Shown here: positions 29,205 through 37,469 of the stretch, one piece after another
Position numbering within the stretch: position 1 is the first letter of the stretch
Layout: each line of letters starts with the position of its first letter
Assembly (NCBI GenBank): GCA_965223295.1
Contig: CBDCWC010000002.1
Coordinates: 1,408,001-1,472,000, forward strand
DNA from: Nitrospirales bacterium
Lineage (GTDB): Bacteria; Nitrospirota; Nitrospiria; Nitrospirales; UBA8639
Direction of reading: 5' to 3'
DNA length: 64,000 bases
Program-made: the position numbers and the translations under genes
Notes under the pieces: model-generated
What the model saw: the letters and a program-made list of their open reading frames with translations, nothing else
What the model was told of the DNA's origin: nothing
Databases searched by the model: none

Positions 29205-30326
29205 ATGAAGTTCTCTTATTATCCACCGAGGATCTCCTACCCCTCCCCCACCTCAGGCCTGCGTACAGTAGGCCTGAGGCAGACCTCTCTGAGATTTATC
29301 ATCTTACTCATCTCCTCGATTTGGCTCACGATAGGAATGGCTCAGGCACAGACAGCGGTCCCCGAAGGAATGGCTTACATTCCGCCTGGCCCCGCCGAAA
29401 TGGGGATCGACCGTAAACCAATCTCCTCGAACAACAAAAAGACGACAGCGAATCCCTATCAACGCCGAATGAGCAAGGCCTGGTCTAAGCAAGCCTTTCA
29501 CGATGAAGGTCCTGCTCACTGGGTTTTTCTAGATGGCTACTTCATTGATAAACATGAAACATCAAACCAACAATATGCGAAGTTCATGAAAGCCACTAGA
29601 CATCCTGGCCCCGCTTATTGGGATGATCCACGACTGAACAAACCCAATCAACCAGTCGTGGGCGTGAATTGGTTTGATGCTAAGGCCTATTGTGAATACA
29701 AAAATAAACGTTTACCCACTGAAGCGGAGTGGGAGCGTGCAGCCCGCGGCCCTCAAGCCTTCAGATATCCCTGGGGAAATGAACTGGATCCAGCTAAGGC
29801 CAACTACGGCAAGAATCATGAAGCGCCACTTCCAGTCGATTCACTACCAGAAGGAGCCAGTCCTTATGGACTCCATCATATGGCAGGAAATGTTTTTGAA
29901 TGGGTTCAGGATTGGTATGACCCCAATTTCTATCAGAAAACCCCTCATCCTGCTAACACGAAAGGACCTCTCAAGCCCATTTGGATCGGAGGCACAGGCA
30001 CCTATGTAGACCGGCTCACCGTGGGCGCCAAACGTGTCATTCGTGGGGGATCGTGGATTGCTGCCGAATCAAGCATCACCACCACTCATCGTTTTTGGAA
30101 TCATCCTTCCAACAACAGCTATGGTGTTGGTCTGGGCTTTCGATGTGCCCTCACCGCCGACGATTCAATGAGTGATGCACTCCGTGTTGCGACAATTGAT
30201 GCCATGAAACAGATGGGCATCGAAGAGTGGGAAAAAGCTCAACAGTCCTTGGACAAAGCCCTAAGCCTCGATCCTCATAACGAGGAGCTTTATCAGATGC
30301 AGGCTATCATTAAATCAAAATTGTGA
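29205..30326 (+). CDS. FGE/SUMF1-fold exported protein with C-terminal TPR-like helices (paralog 2)
   Basis: Same motifs as paralog 1. AAGGAG RBS before ATG 29205. Signal ending AQA. Confidence 0.9.
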   Translation: MKFSYYPPRISYPSPTSGLRTVGLRQTSLRFIILLISSIWLTIGMAQAQTAVPEGMAYIPPGPAEMGIDRKPISSNNKKTTANPYQRRMSKAWSKQAFHDEGPAHWVFLDGYFIDKHETSNQQYAKFMKATRHPGPAYWDDPRLNKPNQPVVGVNWFDAKAYCEYKNKRLPTEAEWERAARGPQAFRYPWGNELDPAKANYGKNHEAPLPVDSLPEGASPYGLHHMAGNVFEWVQDWYDPNFYQKTPHPANTKGPLKPIWIGGTGTYVDRLTVGAKRVIRGGSWIAAESSITTTHRFWNHPSNNSYGVGLGFRCALTADDSMSDALRVATIDAMKQMGIEEWEKAQQSLDKALSLDPHNEELYQMQAIIKSKL

Positions 30327-30337
30327 GAAGTGCGGGC

Positions 30338-30736
30338 ATGAATCATCAAAAACCACAAAATAAGTTCCATGACTTAATGTTCCCCACACTTTCCATAATC
30401 TGCCTTCTTCTGAACCCGGCGGCCGGAATCGCCTCTTCCCCAGTCACCGCTGGAGGTGAGATTGCGATTGACGAAGCTACTGAATTCATCCGGCAGGCAG
30501 CTGACGCGACTGAGCAAGCCTGGGAAGAGTTTCACACTTCTGCCATCGAAGGCACACTGGCCTCTCCTCTGGTGCAAGTGACAATAGAGCGTCAGCTCCA
30601 TGAAGCCCGAGGTTTGCTCATGGAAGCTCGGAAAGCAAAGCGATCTCAAGACTATCAATCGGTGAAACACATCACAAAGCAGGTCCAAGAACTGACCCAA
30701 CACATCATTCTGGCGAGTAGAAAGAGAAAACAATGA
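30338..30736 (+). CDS. Hypothetical exported helical protein
   Basis: Signal-like segment. Stop overlaps the next start (ATGA). Confidence 0.65.
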   Translation: MNHQKPQNKFHDLMFPTLSIICLLLNPAAGIASSPVTAGGEIAIDEATEFIRQAADATEQAWEEFHTSAIEGTLASPLVQVTIERQLHEARGLLMEARKAKRSQDYQSVKHITKQVQELTQHIILASRKRKQ

Positions 30737-31560
30737 AACAGTTGATCACTTTAATAGTTCTAGTCAGTATTTGGTTCTCCATTCCATCAGCTTTTGGTGA
30801 AGAACCGTCGCTGATGGAAAAAGATCCCGTGGAAATGGTGACCATTCTTGCAGGGACATTCATTCGAGGAAGTGCTCCAGGTGAGGGCCGGTTAGACGAA
30901 CAGCCCCGAAGCAAAATTTTTGTCGACGCCTTTGCTATAGATAAATATGAAGTCAGTAATGCCCGTTACCTGTCGTTTGTTCAGGAGACTCTTCACAAGC
31001 CGCCCTTCAATGTGTATGGAGAAGGACCCTTGTCTTCTGAGGAAGGCATCGATGACCTTCCCATCGTTCAAGTCACCTGGCATGATGCCGTCGACTATTG
31101 CTTTTGGGCAGGCAAACGTCTTCCTACAGAAGCCGAATGGGAAAAGGCCGCACGCGGGACAGATCAACGTCGATATCCGTGGGGGGATGAGCCCCCAAAC
31201 ACGAAACGAGCCAGATTTGATGGAGAGTGGCAGGATAAAAATACATTACTCCCAGTCAAGCGTTTGCCAGAAGGGCAATCATCATCGGGCGTCTATCAAC
31301 TAGCCGGCAATGCCCGAGAATGGACTCAAGACTGGTACAACGCGGAGTACTACTCCACCGCTCCAGATAAAAACCCTGCAGGTCCAGAGACTGGGATTTT
31401 AAAAGTCATACGGGGAGGTTCGTGGCGAAGTTTCGATAGTGACTTGCGAGTCACATCCCGCGGAAAAGGTGGGTTTGCCTTAAAAACCCATGGCATCGGA
31501 TTCCGATGTGCTCGTGATGTGGACATGGGCAAAGAGGTATCAACTCCAGCAGGAAAATAA
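30733..31560 (+). CDS. FGE/SUMF1-fold exported protein (paralog 3)
   Basis: Signal peptide, IDKYEVSN, RLPTEAEWEKAARG, GNAREW, RGGSW, GFRCA. Confidence 0.9.
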   Translation: MKQLITLIVLVSIWFSIPSAFGEEPSLMEKDPVEMVTILAGTFIRGSAPGEGRLDEQPRSKIFVDAFAIDKYEVSNARYLSFVQETLHKPPFNVYGEGPLSSEEGIDDLPIVQVTWHDAVDYCFWAGKRLPTEAEWEKAARGTDQRRYPWGDEPPNTKRARFDGEWQDKNTLLPVKRLPEGQSSSGVYQLAGNAREWTQDWYNAEYYSTAPDKNPAGPETGILKVIRGGSWRSFDSDLRVTSRGKGGFALKTHGIGFRCARDVDMGKEVSTPAGK

Positions 31561-31574
31561 AGAGAGAGATCGAC

Positions 31575-32204
31575 ATGTCCAGCTATACCTATACCTTGCG
31601 CAATGTCTTGCAATATTCTCCCATTGTGATGATTGTTCTCATGCTCAATACTTCTATCCTTCGAGCAGAGCAAGGCCCAGATACTGGGCTCCCCTACCAA
31701 ATCGTAGCCGACTACATTCATTCCATCATCGAAGCTGATCGCACGCTATACACCACCCACGTAGTTGACCGCTTGCAAGAAACCGGCACAGCTCTTGCTT
31801 CAGAAAGGTGGCAGAACCAGAATACCTTACCGTTACCAGCTCAAATGCTTCTCCTCTCAGGTGAACGAGTCAAAAAAACAGGGAGTGGGTTGCATTACAG
31901 ACTGGCCAGCCTCTGGCCCATCTATAAGAAGAATGGACCCGCGAATGATTTTGAAAGAAATGCTCTGGAAGCCGTACAGACGTCTCCGCATAAACCTTAT
32001 ACCGGTGTATTCACACAGAACGGACAAACATCATACATCGCGGTTTATGCAGATTTAGCGGTTTCAAAATCCTGTGTAAATTGTCATAACACTCATCTTC
32101 TGAGTCAGAAGCGAGATCATGCACTCGGAGATGTCATGGGCGCCATTATCATCTCGTTCCCGGTTGCACAATCTCCCAAGACTGGAAAAATAAGACCTGA
32201 GTAG
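31575..32204 (+). CDS. DUF3365 (Tll0287-like) heme c protein
   Basis: LPLPA, YRLASLWPI...N.P..FE, CVNCH heme-binding motif, GDVMGA. Confidence 0.8.
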   Translation: MSSYTYTLRNVLQYSPIVMIVLMLNTSILRAEQGPDTGLPYQIVADYIHSIIEADRTLYTTHVVDRLQETGTALASERWQNQNTLPLPAQMLLLSGERVKKTGSGLHYRLASLWPIYKKNGPANDFERNALEAVQTSPHKPYTGVFTQNGQTSYIAVYADLAVSKSCVNCHNTHLLSQKRDHALGDVMGAIIISFPVAQSPKTGKIRPE

Positions 32205-32224
32205 GATCCTATAGGACTTACTTC

Positions 32225-33184
32225 ATGAATGAACAAATCACTAAGCAACGAAGCGAGATGATTCCCCAGAATTTGGTTATCGTAATGTTCTGCATCTTTT
32301 TGGGACTGGAGGTATTCTCTATAAGACTCGCCTGGCCCTATGAAGCCATCCCTGAATTCACCGGTGGTGATTTAAGCGGAACAGTCAAAGTGCAGGGAAC
32401 AATTCCTCATCCCAAGCGTTTTAACCTTGTCCTTTTTCCCGATCCATATTATTGCGGAAGAGTCTCAGACGGTACCGGCTGGCGAATCACTCCCATGCCA
32501 GCTCTTGGCCAACAACAAGAACTGCCTGGAGCTGTCGTCTTCCTAGAACATATTGAACGTGGAAAGGCACGTCCTCATTCAGGCTCTGTCATCCAAACCA
32601 AAAATTGCATCTTTTTGCCCTACACCAACGCCACTCAAATTGGACAAACTCTGCAATTTGAAAACTGGGACCCTATCCAGCATAAGCTTGAAGTATTCGT
32701 CACTTCAGATGACGGGGCACAAGCCATTCACAGAGACGACCTCCAGCCTCATCTCGACAATAGAAAAAGCGATTATCTTTCAGCCGATCCCTCTGGTTCT
32801 CTCCAAGCCGGCCCCCCCATTCGATTTACAGTCAAGAGGTCAGGCATCCTGGTGTTCCGGTGCCAACTTCATGACTACATGGAAGGGTGGAGTCTTGTCT
32901 TGACCCATCCCTATTTTTCGATCACCGGAGAACAGGGGAACTTTCAGCTCACCGACATTCCACCTGGCAGCTACAATCTGACTGTGTGGCACCCTCTGGG
33001 CGAGCAAAAAACGACAGTGAAGATCGAGGATAACCAGAACCATCACATGGAGGTTCTTCTCACGCCGAAATCACCCTCCACTTATGAAGATGAGAGAAAA
33101 GAGAGCCCATTCGGCATTGATTTAGTGGGGGATGCGACAATCCTTCCAACTGTAGAACATCAAACATGGAATCAGGTCCGTTAA
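32225..33184 (+). CDS. Exported cupredoxin-like protein with carboxypeptidase-regulatory-like domains
   Basis: G.LSGTV, C.F.P, N.DPIQH, CQLHDYM (C-x2-H-x2-M), G.F.L.DIPPGSY.L.VWH. Confidence 0.7.
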   Translation: MNEQITKQRSEMIPQNLVIVMFCIFLGLEVFSIRLAWPYEAIPEFTGGDLSGTVKVQGTIPHPKRFNLVLFPDPYYCGRVSDGTGWRITPMPALGQQQELPGAVVFLEHIERGKARPHSGSVIQTKNCIFLPYTNATQIGQTLQFENWDPIQHKLEVFVTSDDGAQAIHRDDLQPHLDNRKSDYLSADPSGSLQAGPPIRFTVKRSGILVFRCQLHDYMEGWSLVLTHPYFSITGEQGNFQLTDIPPGSYNLTVWHPLGEQKTTVKIEDNQNHHMEVLLTPKSPSTYEDERKESPFGIDLVGDATILPTVEHQTWNQVR

Positions 33185-33204
33185 GACTGCATAGGAACCA
33201 GCTC

Positions 33205-34140
33205 ATGAACATCATCATCGCAGGAGGAACAGGATTTATTGGTCGACACCTCTCGCGCCATTTGGTGCAACATGGTCACTCCGTGACACTATTATCCAGG
33301 CATCCAGATGAGCATAGCTTTAGTGATTTGCAGAATATCCGCATTCTAGAATGGGATGGCCAAACCCAAGGAGGGTGGGCTACCGCTTGCGAAGGTGCAG
33401 AGGCCATCATTAATTTATCAGGCTCTCCCATTGCTGATGCTCGCTGGACTGAAGCACGGAAAGAACAGCTTCTGATGAGCCGTTTGCATTCGACTCGTGC
33501 TCTGATGAAAGCCATCTCGAGCTGGAAAGAAAAACCTCACACGTATATTTCAGCCTCAGGCATAGGGTTCTATGGCGACCGTGGAAAGGAAATCGTTCAT
33601 GAATCTTCAGGACCTGGAACAGGCTTTCTCTCCACTTTTTGTGAAGCTTGGGAAAATGCCGCCTGGGAAGGAGAAGCCTTGGGGCTTCGAGTGGTTCCTG
33701 TTCGAATTGGCATGGTCTTAGGAACAGATGGTGGAGCACTGTCAAAAATGTCAGCCCCCTTCCGCATGTTTCTTGGTGGACTAATTTTACCTGGAACCCA
33801 ATATGTGTCATGGATCCACCATGAAGATCTCAGCCAACTGATACTGTGGCTTCTCTTAGAACGATCCATCAACGGCCCCATTAATGGGGTGGCACCTCAA
33901 CCCGTCACCATGAAGGAATTTTGTGCATTGTTGGGAAAGGCGATGAACCGCCCCTCCTGGTTTCCCGTTCCCGGCTTCATCTTACAGATTCTGTTAGGAG
34001 AACTAGCCAGCATGTTGACGACAGGCCAACGTGTGGTTCCTCAACGGGCCTTAGAGAAAGGCTTCACGTTCACATATCCCGACCTGTGGGCAGCACTCCA
34101 CTCACTTTTTCCTGCTGACTCTCACCTAAAAGGAGACTAG
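33205..34140 (+). CDS. TIGR01777-family NAD-dependent epimerase/oxidoreductase
   Basis: IAGGTGFIG, INLSG.PIA..RW, SASGIGFYG, WE, RIGMVL, SWIH, GQRVVP. Confidence 0.9.
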   Translation: MNIIIAGGTGFIGRHLSRHLVQHGHSVTLLSRHPDEHSFSDLQNIRILEWDGQTQGGWATACEGAEAIINLSGSPIADARWTEARKEQLLMSRLHSTRALMKAISSWKEKPHTYISASGIGFYGDRGKEIVHESSGPGTGFLSTFCEAWENAAWEGEALGLRVVPVRIGMVLGTDGGALSKMSAPFRMFLGGLILPGTQYVSWIHHEDLSQLILWLLLERSINGPINGVAPQPVTMKEFCALLGKAMNRPSWFPVPGFILQILLGELASMLTTGQRVVPQRALEKGFTFTYPDLWAALHSLFPADSHLKGD

Positions 34141-34142
34141 CT

Positions 34143-34754
34143 ATGCGATCCCGTCAACAGGTGTCCCCGTGTCAATCAAAGTCGTATGCTCTCTACTCGG
34201 TCCATGTAAAAGTCTTAGTTATTCTGTTCGCGTTTGGGATGTTATTTCTCTACTTTCTCACTCCTACTCATGCTTCGGAACAGCCTCTTCAATTACAAAA
34301 AGGGCATGGCCTTCCTCAAGCGACAGTGATTGGACAAGATGGACAGGCCATTTCTCTGGAAAGCTTGAAGGGGCAGGTGACACTGATCAGCGTGGTCCCT
34401 CAGCTCAATACGCCAGTCTGTGATGAGCAAACGCATCGGTTCAGCGAGCAAAATGATGGCCTGGATCAACTCATCTCATTTGTGACAATGAGCACAAACT
34501 CGCATCAGGATCAGATGAATTTTGCGCACAAAGCACACATCCAAAATATGCGATTCCTATCCGACGCGCCTGAGTTTGAATTTGGCCGAACCACAGGCTT
34601 ACTCCTACAGGATATCGACATCTTACATCGGGCCGTCATTGTATTAGACGAACAAGCTATTATTCGATATGTTGAAATTGTGCCTATGAGCCAACTACCC
34701 AATTTCGAACAAGCCTATCAAGTGGTTCGCTCGTTGATCCCGCGAACCTCTTAA
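34143..34754 (+). CDS. Exported Tpx-like peroxiredoxin/redoxin
   Basis: PxxxTxxC (PQLNTPVC), LSD...FG, RAV.VLD. N-terminal hydrophobic segment. Confidence 0.8.
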   Translation: MRSRQQVSPCQSKSYALYSVHVKVLVILFAFGMLFLYFLTPTHASEQPLQLQKGHGLPQATVIGQDGQAISLESLKGQVTLISVVPQLNTPVCDEQTHRFSEQNDGLDQLISFVTMSTNSHQDQMNFAHKAHIQNMRFLSDAPEFEFGRTTGLLLQDIDILHRAVIVLDEQAIIRYVEIVPMSQLPNFEQAYQVVRSLIPRTS

Positions 34755-34765
34755 GGAGCAAGCCC

Positions 34766-35242
34766 ATGATCGAACACATCCTCATTTTTCTGAACCTCTT
34801 AGCGATGGCCGTCCTAGTGGGAAAAATCATTTTCCTTTCTTTTGTCACCGCTCCGGTCCTAGCCCGGACCTTAGATGACGATGCATTTTCCCGAGTCGTA
34901 CGTAGCCTGTTTCCTCCTTACTACGGACTTGGAATGCTCAGTGCTTCGGTAGGGTGGATAAGTAGCATTGCGTTAGGGCTCCTGGACGATTTTGAATCGC
35001 TGATGCTCATTCCAGCCACCCTCTGGTTAGGCATCTTGGCTATTGAGTATTATTGCCGGACTCCACTGATCACTGAACTCAACGCTCTGAGTAATGAATT
35101 AAAAGTGAAACAAGATAAAGGCCTCAACACTCCTCTCTTACGAAAGAAAAGAGATGGCCTGCATCGTCTCTCAGTTCAATTGAATTCCCTGGTTTTAGTC
35201 ATGGGCCTGTGCTTGATTGGTCTGTCCGGCATCTCGTTATAA
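34766..35242 (+). CDS. DUF4149-like membrane protein
   Basis: SFVTAPVL..L, LFP.YY, LHRLSVQLN. Four TM segments. Confidence 0.75.
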   Translation: MIEHILIFLNLLAMAVLVGKIIFLSFVTAPVLARTLDDDAFSRVVRSLFPPYYGLGMLSASVGWISSIALGLLDDFESLMLIPATLWLGILAIEYYCRTPLITELNALSNELKVKQDKGLNTPLLRKKRDGLHRLSVQLNSLVLVMGLCLIGLSGISL

Positions 35243-35263
35243 CTCATCGAAGGAGGCATACCT

Positions 35264-35752
35264 ATGCACATATTCACGTCATCAAGTTTTCATCATGTTA
35301 AATTTTTGACAGTTTTCATCCTAATCTGTGGACTTCTTAGCTTCGTTACCACAACTGGATCGTCCTATGAATCACCAACAGGCATGACTCCACCCATGAA
35401 TAATCCCCATGCGCCTCATCCCGGTCCCAACACTCCACCGGCCTCAGGTATCGTGGGCATTGCCCTACACATCACCGCCACGAAAGTTGGTGACCCTGCC
35501 CGTCTCATTATTCGAGCGGTTCATCCAGCGGGGCCAGCCGGAGGAGCCGGTGTGACTCACGGAGAAGAAGTGGTTTCCGTAGAAGGAGAACCAGTCAGTG
35601 GGAAAACGTATCAAGAAGCCGTCAGTATGATTCGTGGTGAAGTGGGAAGCAGCGTCACACTTGACCTGCAGGGTCCGCAGGGCGAGCGTACGCTGAGCAT
35701 CATGCGGATGAACGAAGCAACACTCATGGAGCAAACACCCCAAACCATGTAA
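35264..35752 (+). CDS. Exported PDZ-domain protein
   Basis: GIVGI, V...GPA..AGV..GE....VEG, IRGEVGS.V.L. Pro-rich linker and signal. Confidence 0.8.
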   Translation: MHIFTSSSFHHVKFLTVFILICGLLSFVTTTGSSYESPTGMTPPMNNPHAPHPGPNTPPASGIVGIALHITATKVGDPARLIIRAVHPAGPAGGAGVTHGEEVVSVEGEPVSGKTYQEAVSMIRGEVGSSVTLDLQGPQGERTLSIMRMNEATLMEQTPQTM

Positions 35753-35787
35753 ATACCGTTGAATGACCATCTGAAACTATCTTGACT

Positions 35788-37284
35788 ATGACGTCCTCCT
35801 CACCATCCATTGTGCTCTTTCAGGCTGACTTACGCCTCGCAGATAACCCAGCCTTATCTGCCGCTGTTAAGCGTGGAGAACCACTCCTGTGTCTGTATAT
35901 TTGGGACCCAGAGGCCACAGGATATGCGATGCCTGGTGCAGCAAGCCGCTGGTGGCTTCACTACTCGCTTGAAAGTTTGTCTCGCAACCTCGATGCCGCC
36001 GGCAGTAAACTCTTCATCTCCGTAGGGAACACTCTTGGCGTATTGTCCAGACTCCTGACAACCTTTACTCAAGCACACATATTTTGGAATCGATCATGTG
36101 AGCCAACGATTCGGCATTCGGAGACGCAACTCCTAAAGCTTTTAACGTCAAAGCAGGTTCAGAGTTCCTCCTTTTATGGGAACCACCTGACAGACCCCTC
36201 TAAGATTCGCACTCAGGCTCAGAAGCCCTATCGAGTCTTCACACCATTTTGGAAACAACTCCAATCAAGCCTTACACTTCCTCCTACACTTCCGACGTGT
36301 AAGAAGCTCCCCCCGCCTCCAACGACCGCGTTCACATTCGACTCGCTGGAGAGCTTGCGCTTACTCCCCAGAATTGACTGGGCAAGAGGAATTCGTGAAA
36401 CCTGGAAACCTGGGGAAACTGGTGCGGGGTCAGCCCTCAAGAAATTTCTTCGCGACCCTGTGAGCACGTATTCAACTGATCGAGATCGACCAGACCTTCC
36501 TCATACCTCACAACTCTCCCCGCATCTTCGATTCGGAGAAATCAGTCCGAGGCAAATTTGGCATACCGTTCGAGGAGCAAAACGCCAAAACCACAGCATC
36601 GAAGAGCGGAAAAGTCATGAGGCGTACTTACGGCAAATTGTCTGGCGGGAATTTGCGAATCATCTGCTCTACCATTTTCCCAATACCATAGACGAACCCA
36701 TGAATGGCGAATACAGGCATTTCCCATGGCAAGAGCAATCTAAATTTCTTCGTCAATGGCAAAAAGGCCTGACCGGCTACCCTATCGTGGATGCCGGCAT
36801 GCGAGAACTATGGCAGACAGGCTGGATGCATAACCGAGTCCGTATGATCACTGGATCTTTTTTAACAAAAGATCTCCTGATCCCATGGCAAAAAGGCGCC
36901 ATATGGTTCTGGGACACGCTTGTGGATGCTGATTTGGCGAACAACACGTTAGGTTGGCAATGGGTGGCTGGCTGCGGAGCCGACGCCTCGCCATTTTTTC
37001 GAATATTTAATCCCGTGACGCAGGGCATCAAGTTTGACCCGGATGGCCAATATGTCAAACGATGGATCCCAGAACTTTCAGGACTACACGCACCCTGGAT
37101 CCACAAACCATGGGAAGCTCCACCTCTTCTCTTGGCTGAAGCGGAGGTAACCCTTGGAGAGACATATCCCTGGCCGATTGTGGACCACCAAGTAGCCCGC
37201 AAACAGGCGCTCGAGAGTTATCATACATGGTCAGTTGAAAAAAGCCGCCAGCAGCGTTCTCGCCAGTTTTCCATGCTCACGTAG
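35788..37284 (+). CDS. phrB: Deoxyribodipyrimidine (class I/III CPD) photolyase
   Basis: DLRLADNPAL, TSQLSPHLRFGEIS, WREF, GLTGYPIVDAGMRELWQTGWMHNRVRM, DADLANN..GWQW. Confidence 0.95.
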   Translation: MTSSSPSIVLFQADLRLADNPALSAAVKRGEPLLCLYIWDPEATGYAMPGAASRWWLHYSLESLSRNLDAAGSKLFISVGNTLGVLSRLLTTFTQAHIFWNRSCEPTIRHSETQLLKLLTSKQVQSSSFYGNHLTDPSKIRTQAQKPYRVFTPFWKQLQSSLTLPPTLPTCKKLPPPPTTAFTFDSLESLRLLPRIDWARGIRETWKPGETGAGSALKKFLRDPVSTYSTDRDRPDLPHTSQLSPHLRFGEISPRQIWHTVRGAKRQNHSIEERKSHEAYLRQIVWREFANHLLYHFPNTIDEPMNGEYRHFPWQEQSKFLRQWQKGLTGYPIVDAGMRELWQTGWMHNRVRMITGSFLTKDLLIPWQKGAIWFWDTLVDADLANNTLGWQWVAGCGADASPFFRIFNPVTQGIKFDPDGQYVKRWIPELSGLHAPWIHKPWEAPPLLLAEAEVTLGETYPWPIVDHQVARKQALESYHTWSVEKSRQQRSRQFSMLT

Positions 37285-37417
37285 GACCAGTACGCTCCGC
37301 GCGCAAAATTGCTGCGGCCTTGCTGGACGGACCTTTTTGAACTGACCCAAAGCTGTTGATTGCCAATAGCTTCCTGGCGAACTATGACCTTTGATATCTT
37401 CATCATTCAACGCTCTC
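37229..37417 (-). mobile_element. MITE-like repeat family A, copy 4 (reverse), overlapping the phrB 3' end
   Basis: Reverse complement GAGAGCGTTGAATGATGAAGATATCAAA...TTCAACTGACC. No clear target-site duplication. Confidence 0.85.
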
Positions 37418-37469
37418 AAAGCTTAAAGAATACTCCGCGCACTGTTAAGCATTCCGTACATGAGGCCGA

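Noticed and set aside
28162-31560. Diversity-generating retroelement targets (FGE-type CLec fold)
   Set aside because: No reverse transcriptase or template repeat in the window. Differences between paralogues are not adenine-specific.
28162-31560. Ergothioneine/ovothiol synthase or sulfatase-maturation genes
   Set aside because: No DinB-like domain, no catalytic Cys pair and no sulfatase nearby.
736-37419. Short ORFs 736-1092, 2190-2432, 2206-2469, 9955-10182, 37221-37406 and 37231-37419 as a small-protein family
   Set aside because: Their similarity comes from the DNA repeat. Frames, starts and stops differ between copies.
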